From NCBI GenBank assembly GCA_029856125.1, contig JAHQWJ010000128.1, forward strand, positions 1 to 17,840: a stretch of DNA of 17,840 nucleotides. The letters run 5' to 3'. This DNA comes from Promethearchaeia archaeon (GTDB lineage: Archaea; Asgardarchaeota; Lokiarchaeia; Sigyniarchaeales; SOKP01). Shown one piece after another: positions 1 through 9,300 of this stretch (its first letter is position 1; every line of letters begins with the position of its first letter). The notes under the pieces were generated by a model. That model was not told where the DNA came from. It searched no databases and worked only from the letters and a program-made list of their open reading frames with translations. The translations under genes and the position numbers were made by a program.

Positions 1-1164
1 AAAATAAGTGATCTTTGCATTGAATTAGGAGATGATTCTCTTGGGAAGGAATTTTATGAAAAATCACAAAAAATTAAAACCATGCTTCAAGCAGCTAGTA
101 TCCCTCAAACAGAACCAGTTCAAGAACAACCTGAACCTATAGCAACTCCTCCTGAACCCATAGAAGCACCACCTGAACCTATAGCAATTCCACCTGAACC
201 CATAGAAGCACCACCTGAACCTATAGCAACTCCACCTAAACCCATAGAAGCACCACCTGAACCTATAGCAACTCCACCTAAACCCATAGAAGCACCACCT
301 GAACCTATAGCAGAGCCACCTAAGATTAAAAAGCCTACATTACCAGATAGTCCTATAGTTGAAGGTTTAGTGAAACCAAAAATACCTACTGCTACTCCAC
401 TACTTAAGCCTAAAGAAGTAGAAGTAGCTGGAAAAAAACCAGAATTAGTAGAACCAATAGAACAGAAAAAAGTAATAATCCAAAATCAAACTGAATCTGA
501 GAAGCTTGTTCAGCCACAAACCAAAAAAACTGTTGCAGGTTTGAATTTAAACCCCGAAGATTTTATGGTGAAACAAAGACCAAAAACTGTAACGGTTGTA
601 CCTAAAGATGCAAAAAATAAGCTGAAGACATCACCATTCGCCCACGTTTCTAATCCTACGGTATCAAAAAAACCCGTACCAATTTCACCAACAGAGTTAG
701 TAAGTAAAAAAATCCCTTTGGGATTCAAACCACCTTTAAAGAACGCCACACCTAAGATTCCAACATCTGAGATGTCAGAGATACCAAAAGAACCCACTCC
801 ACCTCCTATACCTGTGAATCCCACTACTTTAATTAAACCTCCCCCGAAAATAGCACCTCCCAAACCTCCTAAAGAACCTAGTGTAAAGACTCAACCTGAT
901 GTTGCGCAAGTTGAAACTACAGCAGATATGCCGACAAAAACGATACTTGCCGATGCAACGCAAAAAGCAAGTTTAGAAAAATCCTTAATGGATTTAAAAA
1001 TAAAGAAAGCGAATACTACTAAAATGTCGTTGGATTTTGACATGAAGGAACTTACAGGGGAAATCACTGCAGAAGAACTTGAGGAAAAGAAGAATAAGTT
1101 ATCTACAATTGAAAAAAATATTAATGAACAAATTAAAGAAACTGAAAAATTACTGGGAAGATAA
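1..1164 (+). CDS. 5'-truncated proline-rich protein with a tandem 7-aa repeat and a C-terminal coiled-coil/SHOCT-like helical hairpin
   Basis: Frame 1 is open from base 1 (KISDLCIELGDDSLGKEFYEKSQKIKT precedes the ATG at 82), so the true start is probably upstream of the window. It contains P(E/K)PI(ATP/EAP) repeats, a long P/K-rich low-complexity region and a C-terminal charged helical segment containing ELTGEITAEELEEKKNKL. TAA stop at 1162-1164. Confidence 0.8.
   Translation, partial: KISDLCIELGDDSLGKEFYEKSQKIKTMLQAASIPQTEPVQEQPEPIATPPEPIEAPPEPIAIPPEPIEAPPEPIATPPKPIEAPPEPIATPPKPIEAPPEPIAEPPKIKKPTLPDSPIVEGLVKPKIPTATPLLKPKEVEVAGKKPELVEPIEQKKVIIQNQTESEKLVQPQTKKTVAGLNLNPEDFMVKQRPKTVTVVPKDAKNKLKTSPFAHVSNPTVSKKPVPISPTELVSKKIPLGFKPPLKNATPKIPTSEMSEIPKEPTPPPIPVNPTTLIKPPPKIAPPKPPKEPSVKTQPDVAQVETTADMPTKTILADATQKASLEKSLMDLKIKKANTTKMSLDFDMKELTGEITAEELEEKKNKLSTIEKNINEQIKETEKLLGR
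130..318 (+). repeat. Intragenic minisatellite: 9 x 21-nt units in two alternating types (42-nt higher-order period)
   Basis: Units CCTGAACCTATAGCAACTCCA (PEPIATP) alternate with CCT(G/A)AACCCATAGAAGCACCA (P(E/K)PIEAP). They start at 130, 151, 172, 193, 214, 235, 256, 277 and 298, in frame, with no spacers. Confidence 0.95.
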
Positions 1165-1333
1165 TTTTACCTAAAATCTCTTATTTTTATAACTTATTTT
1201 CTAGATTTTTAGAATTTTAATAAAAATCATTCAGATAAAGAACCTTAATTCCAACATACTAATAAGACTTTTTTCTTTTTATACTTAGATAAGGTTATAT
1301 TCTTCAAATATTAATATTGCATGAGTGTATATT

Positions 1334-2776
1334 ATGACTCCAATTGTTATTATGAAATTTGGTGGAAGCTGTTTAATTGATATGGATGCTTTCAAGAAAA
1401 TTCTCGAAATACTAGAAATTTATAAGGATGATAAAAAAATAATTGTGGCTTCAGCTCTTAATGGAATAACGGATTTGTTATTGAATACAGCACAAAATGT
1501 TAACAATTCAAAAATCCTTGATGATAATATAGCTATCTTGGAGAATAAGCATATTAATACTATCGAACAAATATTTGACGAAGATACTGAGCATTACACT
1601 AATGCAAAAGTTTGGGTTGACAAAAAACTTAGCGAATTGGAAGACGCTTTAGAGGATATTAAAGAGTTCGGATTAGAACCGTATTACAAAGATTATGTCT
1701 TAAGCTTTGGCGAGGTTTTATCCACATACATCTTGAACCAATATGTCTTAAGTAAAGGGCTAGAATCAGTTTATATTCCAGCAAATAAATTGATTATAAC
1801 AAACGACGAGTTTAACAACGCTTATCCTTTTTATGAATTTACTAATGTACGTGTTAAAAAAATGATAATTCCTCTATTAGAGAACACTAAAAAAGATATT
1901 ATAATCTCAATTACTGGTTTCATTGGGAGAAATAAAATTGGATACACAACCACTTTAGGGAGGGGGGGTTCAGATTATACCGCAACTATTCTTGCACATT
2001 CGATATACGAAGTTGCGAATGATAAGAACATAAAAGTAATTTTATGGAAAGATGTAGATGGTTTGCTGGCTATTAATCCAAAATTCGTCTCAAAATCAAC
2101 GCTCATAAAACATTTAGACTACAAAGAAGCAAAACACATTGCAAATTTTGGCGCAAAAATACTCCATCCGAAATGTCTTGAAGCAATTGAAAATCAAAGA
2201 ATTCCACTTGAACTGAGAAACTTCAACAAACCTCTTGAGAGAGTTGAATTTACAAAAATATCTGCAATGACTGATAAAAATGAAATCAAGGGAATTTCCA
2301 CTGTTGAAGATGCTGTAATAATAACTGTATCCTCAGGGAGTTTAGTTGATGTACCTGGCGTTTTAGCCAAAATATTTAAAGTCATGAGCAAAAATAGAAT
2401 AAGCGTCTCTTTAGTTGCTCAAAGTGCTTCGGAAATTAGTACTTCATTTATCGTGAAAGAAGCAGATTCCATCAGAGCAGTAAAGACGTTAGAGAGCTCT
2501 GGTTACTTTACAGATTTTTTTGAAATCAAATCTGAAAAAGTCGCAATAATTAATGTTACAGGTTTTAAGATCTTAGAAAATTTAACTAAAGTAATGATTT
2601 TCCAAGCTTTAGAAAAAGAAAAGATACAAGTGAAAGCTCTAACTCAAAGTACTGAGGAATTGAACATTTCTTTAGTTATAAAGAGAGAAGATATCGAAGT
2701 CGCCATTAAAATTATTCACAATGATTTATGTGGAAATTTCGAAGAAAAAGAAAACAATTTATGTAATCAAACGTAG
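1334..2776 (+). CDS. lysC: Aspartate kinase with C-terminal ACT domains
   Basis: Motifs IMKFGGS, IIVASA, VLSFGE, TTLGRGGSDYTA, LWKDVDG and FGAKILHP, followed by ACT-like repeats (VPGVLAKIFKVMSKNRISVSLVAQSASEISTSFIV; QSTEELNISLVI). The ATG at 1334 is preferred over the GTG at 1325. Confidence 0.93.
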   Translation: MTPIVIMKFGGSCLIDMDAFKKILEILEIYKDDKKIIVASALNGITDLLLNTAQNVNNSKILDDNIAILENKHINTIEQIFDEDTEHYTNAKVWVDKKLSELEDALEDIKEFGLEPYYKDYVLSFGEVLSTYILNQYVLSKGLESVYIPANKLIITNDEFNNAYPFYEFTNVRVKKMIIPLLENTKKDIIISITGFIGRNKIGYTTTLGRGGSDYTATILAHSIYEVANDKNIKVILWKDVDGLLAINPKFVSKSTLIKHLDYKEAKHIANFGAKILHPKCLEAIENQRIPLELRNFNKPLERVEFTKISAMTDKNEIKGISTVEDAVIITVSSGSLVDVPGVLAKIFKVMSKNRISVSLVAQSASEISTSFIVKEADSIRAVKTLESSGYFTDFFEIKSEKVAIINVTGFKILENLTKVMIFQALEKEKIQVKALTQSTEELNISLVIKREDIEVAIKIIHNDLCGNFEEKENNLCNQT

Positions 2777-2817
2777 TTAAATCTAAATTTTAGAATTGTA
2801 AAAGGAATTAGTTAAGA

Positions 2818-3345
2818 TTATTGAGTTCTTGACTCAACAATTCTACGGGTAAGTTCAGTAAAGGCGTCGTCAACGTTAATACCTGTTTTTGCGGAAGTCT
2901 CAATGTAAATACTACCTTCCGCCTCAGCAAAAGCTCGAGCCTCTTCTCTATCTATTACTTCTCCGACATCTTCAACTAAATCTGCTTTATTCCCTATTAA
3001 TACAAAAGGTATGTTTTCGCTGCTAAATTGTCTTATTTCAGTTAACCATTTTCTTGTTTCGATGTAAGTCTGTTCTCTTGTTAAATCAAACACTAATAAA
3101 GCGCCAGCAGCTCCCTTATAGAATGTTGATCGGATGAATTCGAAGCGTTGTTGTCCACCAATATCCCAAATTGAGAGTGTTGCTACTTCGCCTTGCCTAA
3201 ATTCCACATCCTTAGTTAAGATGTCTACACCTACCGTTAATTTGTAGTTCGCCGCAAATCGGTTTTTGATAAATCTCTGAACAAGACTCGTCTTTCCAAC
3301 AGCAGCAGCACCCGTAAGTAAAACTTTTAATTTAAAAATTGACAT
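2818..3345 (-). CDS. Rab-like Ras-superfamily small GTPase without a C-terminal prenylation motif
   Basis: G1 GAAAVGKTS, G2 YKLTVGVD, G3 WDIGGQ, G4 NKAD and G5 ETSAK. RabF-like segments FYKGA and LVFDLT. The protein ends ...RRIVESRTQ. Confidence 0.95.
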   Translation of the reverse strand: MSIFKLKVLLTGAAAVGKTSLVQRFIKNRFAANYKLTVGVDILTKDVEFRQGEVATLSIWDIGGQQRFEFIRSTFYKGAAGALLVFDLTREQTYIETRKWLTEIRQFSSENIPFVLIGNKADLVEDVGEVIDREEARAFAEAEGSIYIETSAKTGINVDDAFTELTRRIVESRTQ

Positions 3346-3350
3346 AAAAG

Positions 3351-3355
3351 ACCTC
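3351..3355 (-). promoter_or_regulatory. Shine-Dalgarno-like element for the GTPase gene
   Basis: The minus strand reads GTAGAGGTCTTTT-ATG, with GAGGT 5 nt before the start codon. Confidence 0.45.
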
Positions 3356-3582
3356 TACCTTGAAGTTATTAATTAAATTATTACAAAAATTAATTGAATA
3401 TAATTTATTATCTTTATTATTAAATTCTATTTATTTAATTGTTTTTATAATATTAATACTATTTCTGATAAAAGTTTTATATATTTCTATCTTAAATACT
3501 TTTACATTCTTTTCGTAGAATAAATATATCGTATTAAAGGTTTCTGGTCTTTAAAATTAATCCTACAAATTTTAATTTTAAT

Positions 3583-3619
3583 ATTTTCCGAGTAGTCAAA
3601 ATACGAACTATTTTTAGTT
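3583..3619 (+). repeat. Imperfect direct repeat, copy 1 (upstream of the small membrane-protein gene)
   Basis: ATTTTCCGAGTAGTCAAAATACGAACTATTTTTAGTT aligns to 4086-4119 with 3 mismatches and one 3-nt indel. Confidence 0.75.
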
Positions 3620-3692
3620 CAAAGAAATATATGTTTAAAATTACATATATAAAATAAATTAATCTTGTTAGAGATTTTTCTATAACCAAATT

Positions 3693-4046
3693 ATGAAAAA
3701 AAAAGGACAAAATATTTTGTTTCTCATTAGTGGGATCATTTTTATGTATATTGGCATCACTCCCTTAGTTTACTTTTATGCTACTTTTCATGGAGAAGTA
3801 GGTTTCGATTATCTTAACTTTCAAAGAAATACTAGATTTTTTTTAGAATTATTTACCTTCACATATATGTTTTTAAGCATAAATTTTCTTATTCTTGGAT
3901 TAAATTTGTTCTTAAATAATAAAATAGAAAAAGTGTTCTCAATTAAGCGAATCTTTTATGTTCTTATAATAACGGGGGTATTTTTGTATATTCTGATGAC
4001 TCTTCTATTCCCCCCTATGGTTTTTTTTCAATATGTTTCTCTATAG
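3693..4046 (+). CDS. Small hypothetical integral membrane protein (about 3 TM helices)
   Basis: ATG start and basic N-terminus (MKKKGQ), followed by three long hydrophobic F/I/L-rich segments separated by short polar loops. It fills an otherwise empty intergenic space. Confidence 0.7.
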   Translation: MKKKGQNILFLISGIIFMYIGITPLVYFYATFHGEVGFDYLNFQRNTRFFLELFTFTYMFLSINFLILGLNLFLNNKIEKVFSIKRIFYVLIITGVFLYILMTLLFPPMVFFQYVSL

Positions 4047-4085
4047 GATGTGTAATGAGAGCAATAAGAATACATTTTTCTGAAC

Positions 4086-4119
4086 ATTTTCCGAGTCAAA
4101 ATCCGAGCTATTTCTAGTT
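4086..4119 (+). repeat. Imperfect direct repeat, copy 2 (downstream of the small membrane-protein gene)
   Basis: ATTTTCCGAGTCAAAATCCGAGCTATTTCTAGTT; 31 of 34 aligned positions are identical to 3583-3619. Confidence 0.75.
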
Positions 4120-4151
4120 ATAATGGAGCCAAGTACTAATTTTTAAGAGAT

Positions 4152-6119
4152 TTACCTTTTTGGGATATGCGCATATTCTTTTAGACTAGGAAATAGATTC
4201 AAGTTTAAGTGAGGAAAATACATTGCTGAAGCAAATTCTTTTTGGAAATCTTTTTCAACTGCAATTTCGACGTACTGTATTTTTTCTTGTAATTTTCGAG
4301 CCTTTTTTCTTAAATCAACATTTAATAAGCAATTTTGCGCTCCGATCCCGGCAGCATTTCCAATTTGAAACAGTTTTTCGTCGGGTATATCGGGAATCAT
4401 CCCAATAAATTTGGCGTTTTTTTTATTAATGTAATTTCCAAATGCTCCAGCTAGAAGGATTTGTTTAATTTCTAAGTCGGAATTGTTTAAGCGATTTAAG
4501 TGGTTTAAAATCAAGCGTGTTCCGGAGAAGAACGCCCCTTTTGCCATTTGCAATTCTCTAACATCGCTCTGTGAAATCGTTATGTGTCTCTTAATTGGGG
4601 TGTCATCTTTATTTACTAATATAAATTTAATGTCTTTCTCTTCTTTTACTATACGCGCGTTGCCTATGAATTCTTTATTAAAGTTGCCGCTTCTGGTAAG
4701 CAGTTTCGCTTTTAACATTTCGGCTACTGTGTCAATAATACCAGAACCACAAATACCTATGGGTTTTTTGCTATTAATCGTGGTGTATTCAACACCAAAA
4801 TCACTCGGGTTAATTTTTAGAGTGTCAATAGCTCCTGCTGCTGCTCGCATGCCGTGTTGAATATGAGCGCCTTCTAAGGCAGATCCAGCTGCACAAGATC
4901 CCGTAAAAAGTACATCCTTATTACCGATGATCAATTCACCATTAGTTCCAACATCAATCGCTAACGTTAATTCTAGTTCTTTATCAATCTCTGAAGAAAT
5001 AACTACACCCATTGTGTCAGCTCCAACGAATCCAGCAATTAATGGTAAAACATAAACATATCCGCTTCTAGAAATCTCAAGATTAACATCTTTGGCTTTA
5101 AGGTTTAAGTCACTCTTCAGTGCCGGCACATAAGGACTTAAACCTATATATGTAGGATTTATTTTGAGGAATAAGTGATGCATAACCGAATTTCCAACGA
5201 TTACTGCCTCATATATTTGATTAACTGAAACATTAGCGCTAGTACAGGTTTCTTTTATTATTGAGTTTAAAGATTCTATCAGAATAGAATTCAATTTTTC
5301 AAGTCCTGCGGGATTATCTTTTGCGTATGTTATACGCGAAATTACATCTTCCCCGTAGGCTGTCTGTGGGTTAAGAGCCGATGCAATTGAATATATTTTT
5401 CCATTGTGCAAATTGATTAAATACCCAACGAGAGTTGTCGTTCCAATGTCAAATGCGATTCCGAAACAATCTTCTGTTTTATTACCGGCTTCGCAATCTA
5501 TTAATTTTTTATTATTATATACTGTTAATGAAATACGATGCTGATCTTCTCTTAAGACGAGGGGAATTTTTCTAATGGTATCAATTTCAAACGAAACATC
5601 TCTAGAAATTCCTGTATTATCCCTAGTTGACGAAAGAGAAGAAAATATTCTTTCAATATCAGGAACGGGGCTTTCTAAGGTTGGTTTATTAATTTCAACA
5701 AAAATTTTCTTTACATTTGGATTAAGGTTTATTTTTTTAGATTTTCCCGACGTCAATATCTTAAAATCTTCACCGAGTATATCTTTGGGAAGAAATATCC
5801 TTAACTGGGGTGGTTGATGTGTTTTAGCTGACTGAATTTTTGTTTTTTTTACTCTACTTTGACAAGCCAACCGCCAGTTTTCTCTAATCTCCGATTGTGT
5901 TAGATATTGCATTTCAGATTTTGTTGGAGGATTTAAGAAATTCATTCCTTCTTGGACCAGTATTTTACACTTTCCACATGTTCCCTTACCACCACAAAGG
6001 GACCGCACACGGATACCTGAATTGATCAGTAATTCATAAAAAGTTTCATCCTCGGTGTAGAAGAGTCTTCTCGAGATCGGTTCAATATCGACTGTAATCT
6101 GATTATTATTGCTATTCAC
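4152..6119 (-). CDS. ASKHA-family ATP-dependent reductive activator of corrinoid proteins (RACo/AcsV-like, DUF4445) with an N-terminal [2Fe-2S] ferredoxin domain
   Basis: N-terminal CGGKGTCGKC...RLAC 2Fe-2S motif. ASKHA motifs GIAFDIGTTT, NPQTAYGEDVISRI, FVGADT, IDVGTNGE, SCAAGSALEG, GICGSG, LAGAFG and GNAAGIGA. GTG start preceded by GAGGA. Confidence 0.92.
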   Translation of the reverse strand: MNSNNNQITVDIEPISRRLFYTEDETFYELLINSGIRVRSLCGGKGTCGKCKILVQEGMNFLNPPTKSEMQYLTQSEIRENWRLACQSRVKKTKIQSAKTHQPPQLRIFLPKDILGEDFKILTSGKSKKINLNPNVKKIFVEINKPTLESPVPDIERIFSSLSSTRDNTGISRDVSFEIDTIRKIPLVLREDQHRISLTVYNNKKLIDCEAGNKTEDCFGIAFDIGTTTLVGYLINLHNGKIYSIASALNPQTAYGEDVISRITYAKDNPAGLEKLNSILIESLNSIIKETCTSANVSVNQIYEAVIVGNSVMHHLFLKINPTYIGLSPYVPALKSDLNLKAKDVNLEISRSGYVYVLPLIAGFVGADTMGVVISSEIDKELELTLAIDVGTNGELIIGNKDVLFTGSCAAGSALEGAHIQHGMRAAAGAIDTLKINPSDFGVEYTTINSKKPIGICGSGIIDTVAEMLKAKLLTRSGNFNKEFIGNARIVKEEKDIKFILVNKDDTPIKRHITISQSDVRELQMAKGAFFSGTRLILNHLNRLNNSDLEIKQILLAGAFGNYINKKNAKFIGMIPDIPDEKLFQIGNAAGIGAQNCLLNVDLRKKARKLQEKIQYVEIAVEKDFQKEFASAMYFPHLNLNLFPSLKEYAHIPKR

Positions 6120-6125
6120 GAAAGG

Positions 6126-6130
6126 TCCTC
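6126..6130 (-). promoter_or_regulatory. Shine-Dalgarno-like element for the corrinoid activator gene
   Basis: The minus strand reads GAAGAGGACCTTTC-GTG, which supports the GTG start at 6119. Confidence 0.45.
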
Positions 6131-6305
6131 TTCTTACCTTTTTTAAAATGAGGTTAAAGGTTAGTTTTTAATAGTAGAATTAATCATCTAAATATAAAAA
6201 GTTTAATTAATAAATCGGTTTAATTTATTGTAGTAAATGTATTGCAATAAATTCACGCTTCACTTATACTTTTTACTAAATATTAAAAGAGGGTTTTAGA
6301 TAAAG

Positions 6306-9300
6306 ATGATGGGAAATGAAGAACTTGCTCAAGAAGCTTTAAAGTATCTCGATTTGGCGCAAAAATTTGAGAATGAAAAAAATTTAGAAAAAGCTGTAGA
6401 GAATTACGAATTAGCAGCAAGCTATCTTAAGAATAGCGGCTTTATGATTGATAAAATAAGTGATATCTATTCTAGGATCGAAGAAATAAAGGATTTTGCA
6501 AAACAAGAGATGATGTATAATCAAGCAAGCGCAAAAAATCAACTTGAGCAATTACAAGACCAAGCCTTTTCTTTGTTAGATGGAGCTCAAAAATTAGAGA
6601 CAGATGGATTTTTGGAAGATGCAATTGAGCAATATAAAGCAGCAATCGAATTATTAATTCAAACAGGTTGGTCTGAAGCTCAATTAAGTAATTTACAAAG
6701 CAAACTAATAACATTATCAGAAAAGTTAAAACACCATCAAGCAATGACCTATGCCAAAATTGGGGAAGTTCAAGAACAAGATATCCTCCCTAAAGAAATG
6801 GAACCACAGGTTGTTAGCGCGTTTGGAAAGACGAAAAGTGTTGAAAAAGCTGGAGAATTAAAGAAGTTTAAAGATATGAAACAGCGAGAACAAGAGATAC
6901 AAAACGATGCCTTTGAGTTAATCGATAATGCAAAGTTTTTTGAAACCGATAAAAATTTCGATAAAGCAATTGAGAATTACGAAAATGCTGTAAAATTATT
7001 GAATTCTATAGGGTGGCACGAACAAACAAAGAATATCACCATAATTATTGAAAAATTAAAAAATGATAAAAAAGAGTATGAGCAATTTCGATCTGAGAAA
7101 CAAATAGAACCAACATTTACTAGAGAACATCCTGATGAATACGAAGAAGTGAAGACAAATATCTACAGAGATGAAGAAAAATTACAAATTGAAGCATTTA
7201 ATTTAGTGGATATTGGTAAAAAATTGGAAAGAGAGAAGAAATACGATTTAGCGATTATTAAATTTAATGTAGCAATTGAATTGTTTAAATCCATTGAATG
7301 GGACTCTTATATTCAACCAATTATAAACATGATCAAAAATATAGAAAATAAGCAAGCGCGCGAAGAGGAAGAGAATATTTCGAGACATAAAAGGGAGGAA
7401 CAGTTAAAAAACTTACAAGATACGATATATATTAAGGAAAAAGATGAAATTGTCGAAACTGCGAGAGAATTGGATAAGAGAAGATTAGAATACGAACAAA
7501 AAAGAAAACTAAATTTGAGGAAAGAAGAAAAGTTGTTTACAATTTTAGACGACGCTGATAGGATACTAAAAGAAGAATCTGATTATACCAAAGCAATTAA
7601 TAGATACACAGAAGCGTTAGGATATCTAAAGGAATTAGGAACAAATTGGGAAACACATGCTTCTACAATTGAAGAGACTATTTTAAGTATTAAAAAGATA
7701 GAAGAAAACAAAATTGAAAAAGATTTGGATCACCAGTCTAAGTTAGAACAACGCAGAAAAAGTGATTTAGAATATCAACAGCTCACCTCAATAGAGTTAG
7801 CAAAGGAAAGAGAAAAAATAAGGCAGAGAGAAGGTATTTTACAAGAAAAAAGAGAAGCTTTAGACCAACGCGAAAGTCGTAAAGCTGACGCGTATAAAGC
7901 TCTAGATGAAGCAGATTATTTCGTAAAAAAATCTGAATTAGATAACGCAATTGTTGCTTACCAAAAAGCAGGAAATATTTTTGCAAGCATACAATGGAAC
8001 GACGAGTTACATTTAATTGAAAATTCTATAAGAGAATTAGAAAATAGGAAAAGAGAACAAGCGTTTTCAAAACAAAAAGATATGATGAAATCCATAGAGA
8101 AATTTAAAGTTGAGCAGCAGTTTCAGGAACAAATATCAAAAAAGCTCCAATTAGAAAAAGAAAGCCTAAAACAGAAAAAAATATTGTTAAGAGATCAAAA
8201 AGCGGAATTGATGCATCGAGAGAAAAAAAAAGATGAAGCTTTTAAGATATTAGAGGATGCTCATTTTTATCTTGAAAAGGGCGATTTTGATAAAACAATT
8301 GAATACTATCAGCAAGTAACTAGCATTTTTGCTGAAATTCAATGGTATGATGAAATGGAAAGGATAGGGAACGCTATAATCGAAATCGAAAATAAAAAAC
8401 GGGATGCTACTCTAAAAAAACAAAGAGATATGGAAATTCTTATAAAGAAAGAAAGAGAGGATAGAGGATTTCAAGAAAAAATCATCAAAGAGATAAACAT
8501 AAAGAGAAAACAACTAGAAGAAAGAGAGATCGTTAAGAAAGAACGCGCTAACGAAATTAATTTTAGAGAAAAACAAAAGGAGGAAGCGTTTAAAATCTTG
8601 GACGAAGCTCAAAACTTTCTTTCTTTAGGAGAATTCAATTTAGCAATTGAAAGCTATAAAAGTGTAAATCAAATTTTTGCTCAAATTCAATGGATTGAAG
8701 AAATTGTGCTTATAAACCAGACAATTAACAAAATCGAAAATAAAAAGAAGGAACAGGAAATTAGGAAACAAAAAGAGTTCGAACAAATCATCAAAGAAGA
8801 TGCCGAACGCAAACAATTTCTTATTAATATTAAAATCCAAAGAGAAAGAGAAAAAAGATTAATCCAAAAAGAAAGGGCAATATTAGAAGTAAAGAAGGAA
8901 TTGAGTTCCCAGAACATTCTAAAACAACAAGAAGCGTTTAAAATTATTGACGACGCTGATGAATTTTTAGTGCAAGAAAATTATAATATTGCCATTGAAA
9001 TGTATCAAAATGCGCTTAATTCACTCAAAAATATAGGATGGACGGGAAACTACATTTTATTATTAGGAGAATCAATTCGAAATCTGCAATTTAAAAGGGA
9101 CGAAATAAAGCGCCAAAAATTACTCGATAAAGAACAGCTACGAAAAAACATCGAAGAAGAAAGAGAATTTGAGAGAAAGGTGACAGAAAGTTTTCAAAAA
9201 GAAAGAGAGAAGATGCTATCAAAGAAGATCGAGCTTCTTAAAAGGGAAGATATGAAGAATTTGATGGAGACAAAAAAGTTGGAAGCCTTTTCTATAATGG

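Noticed and set aside
130-318. Possible CRISPR array
   Set aside because: The units are contiguous 21-mers without unique spacers, keep the reading frame and encode a Pro-rich peptide repeat. No cas genes are present.
4096-4107. Resemblance of TCAAAATCCGAG to the spliced tRNA-Tyr T arm (TCAAATCCGAG), suggesting an att site of a tRNA-integrated element
   Set aside because: The match is short, has an indel, does not extend into the acceptor stem and does not match the intron-containing genomic form. No integrase is present and the intervening genes look chromosomal.
4047-4125. Integron attC site downstream of the small membrane gene
   Set aside because: There is no proper RYYYAAC...GTTRRRY pair with an extended imperfect palindrome of adequate length, and no intI. 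It is kept only as a direct repeat.
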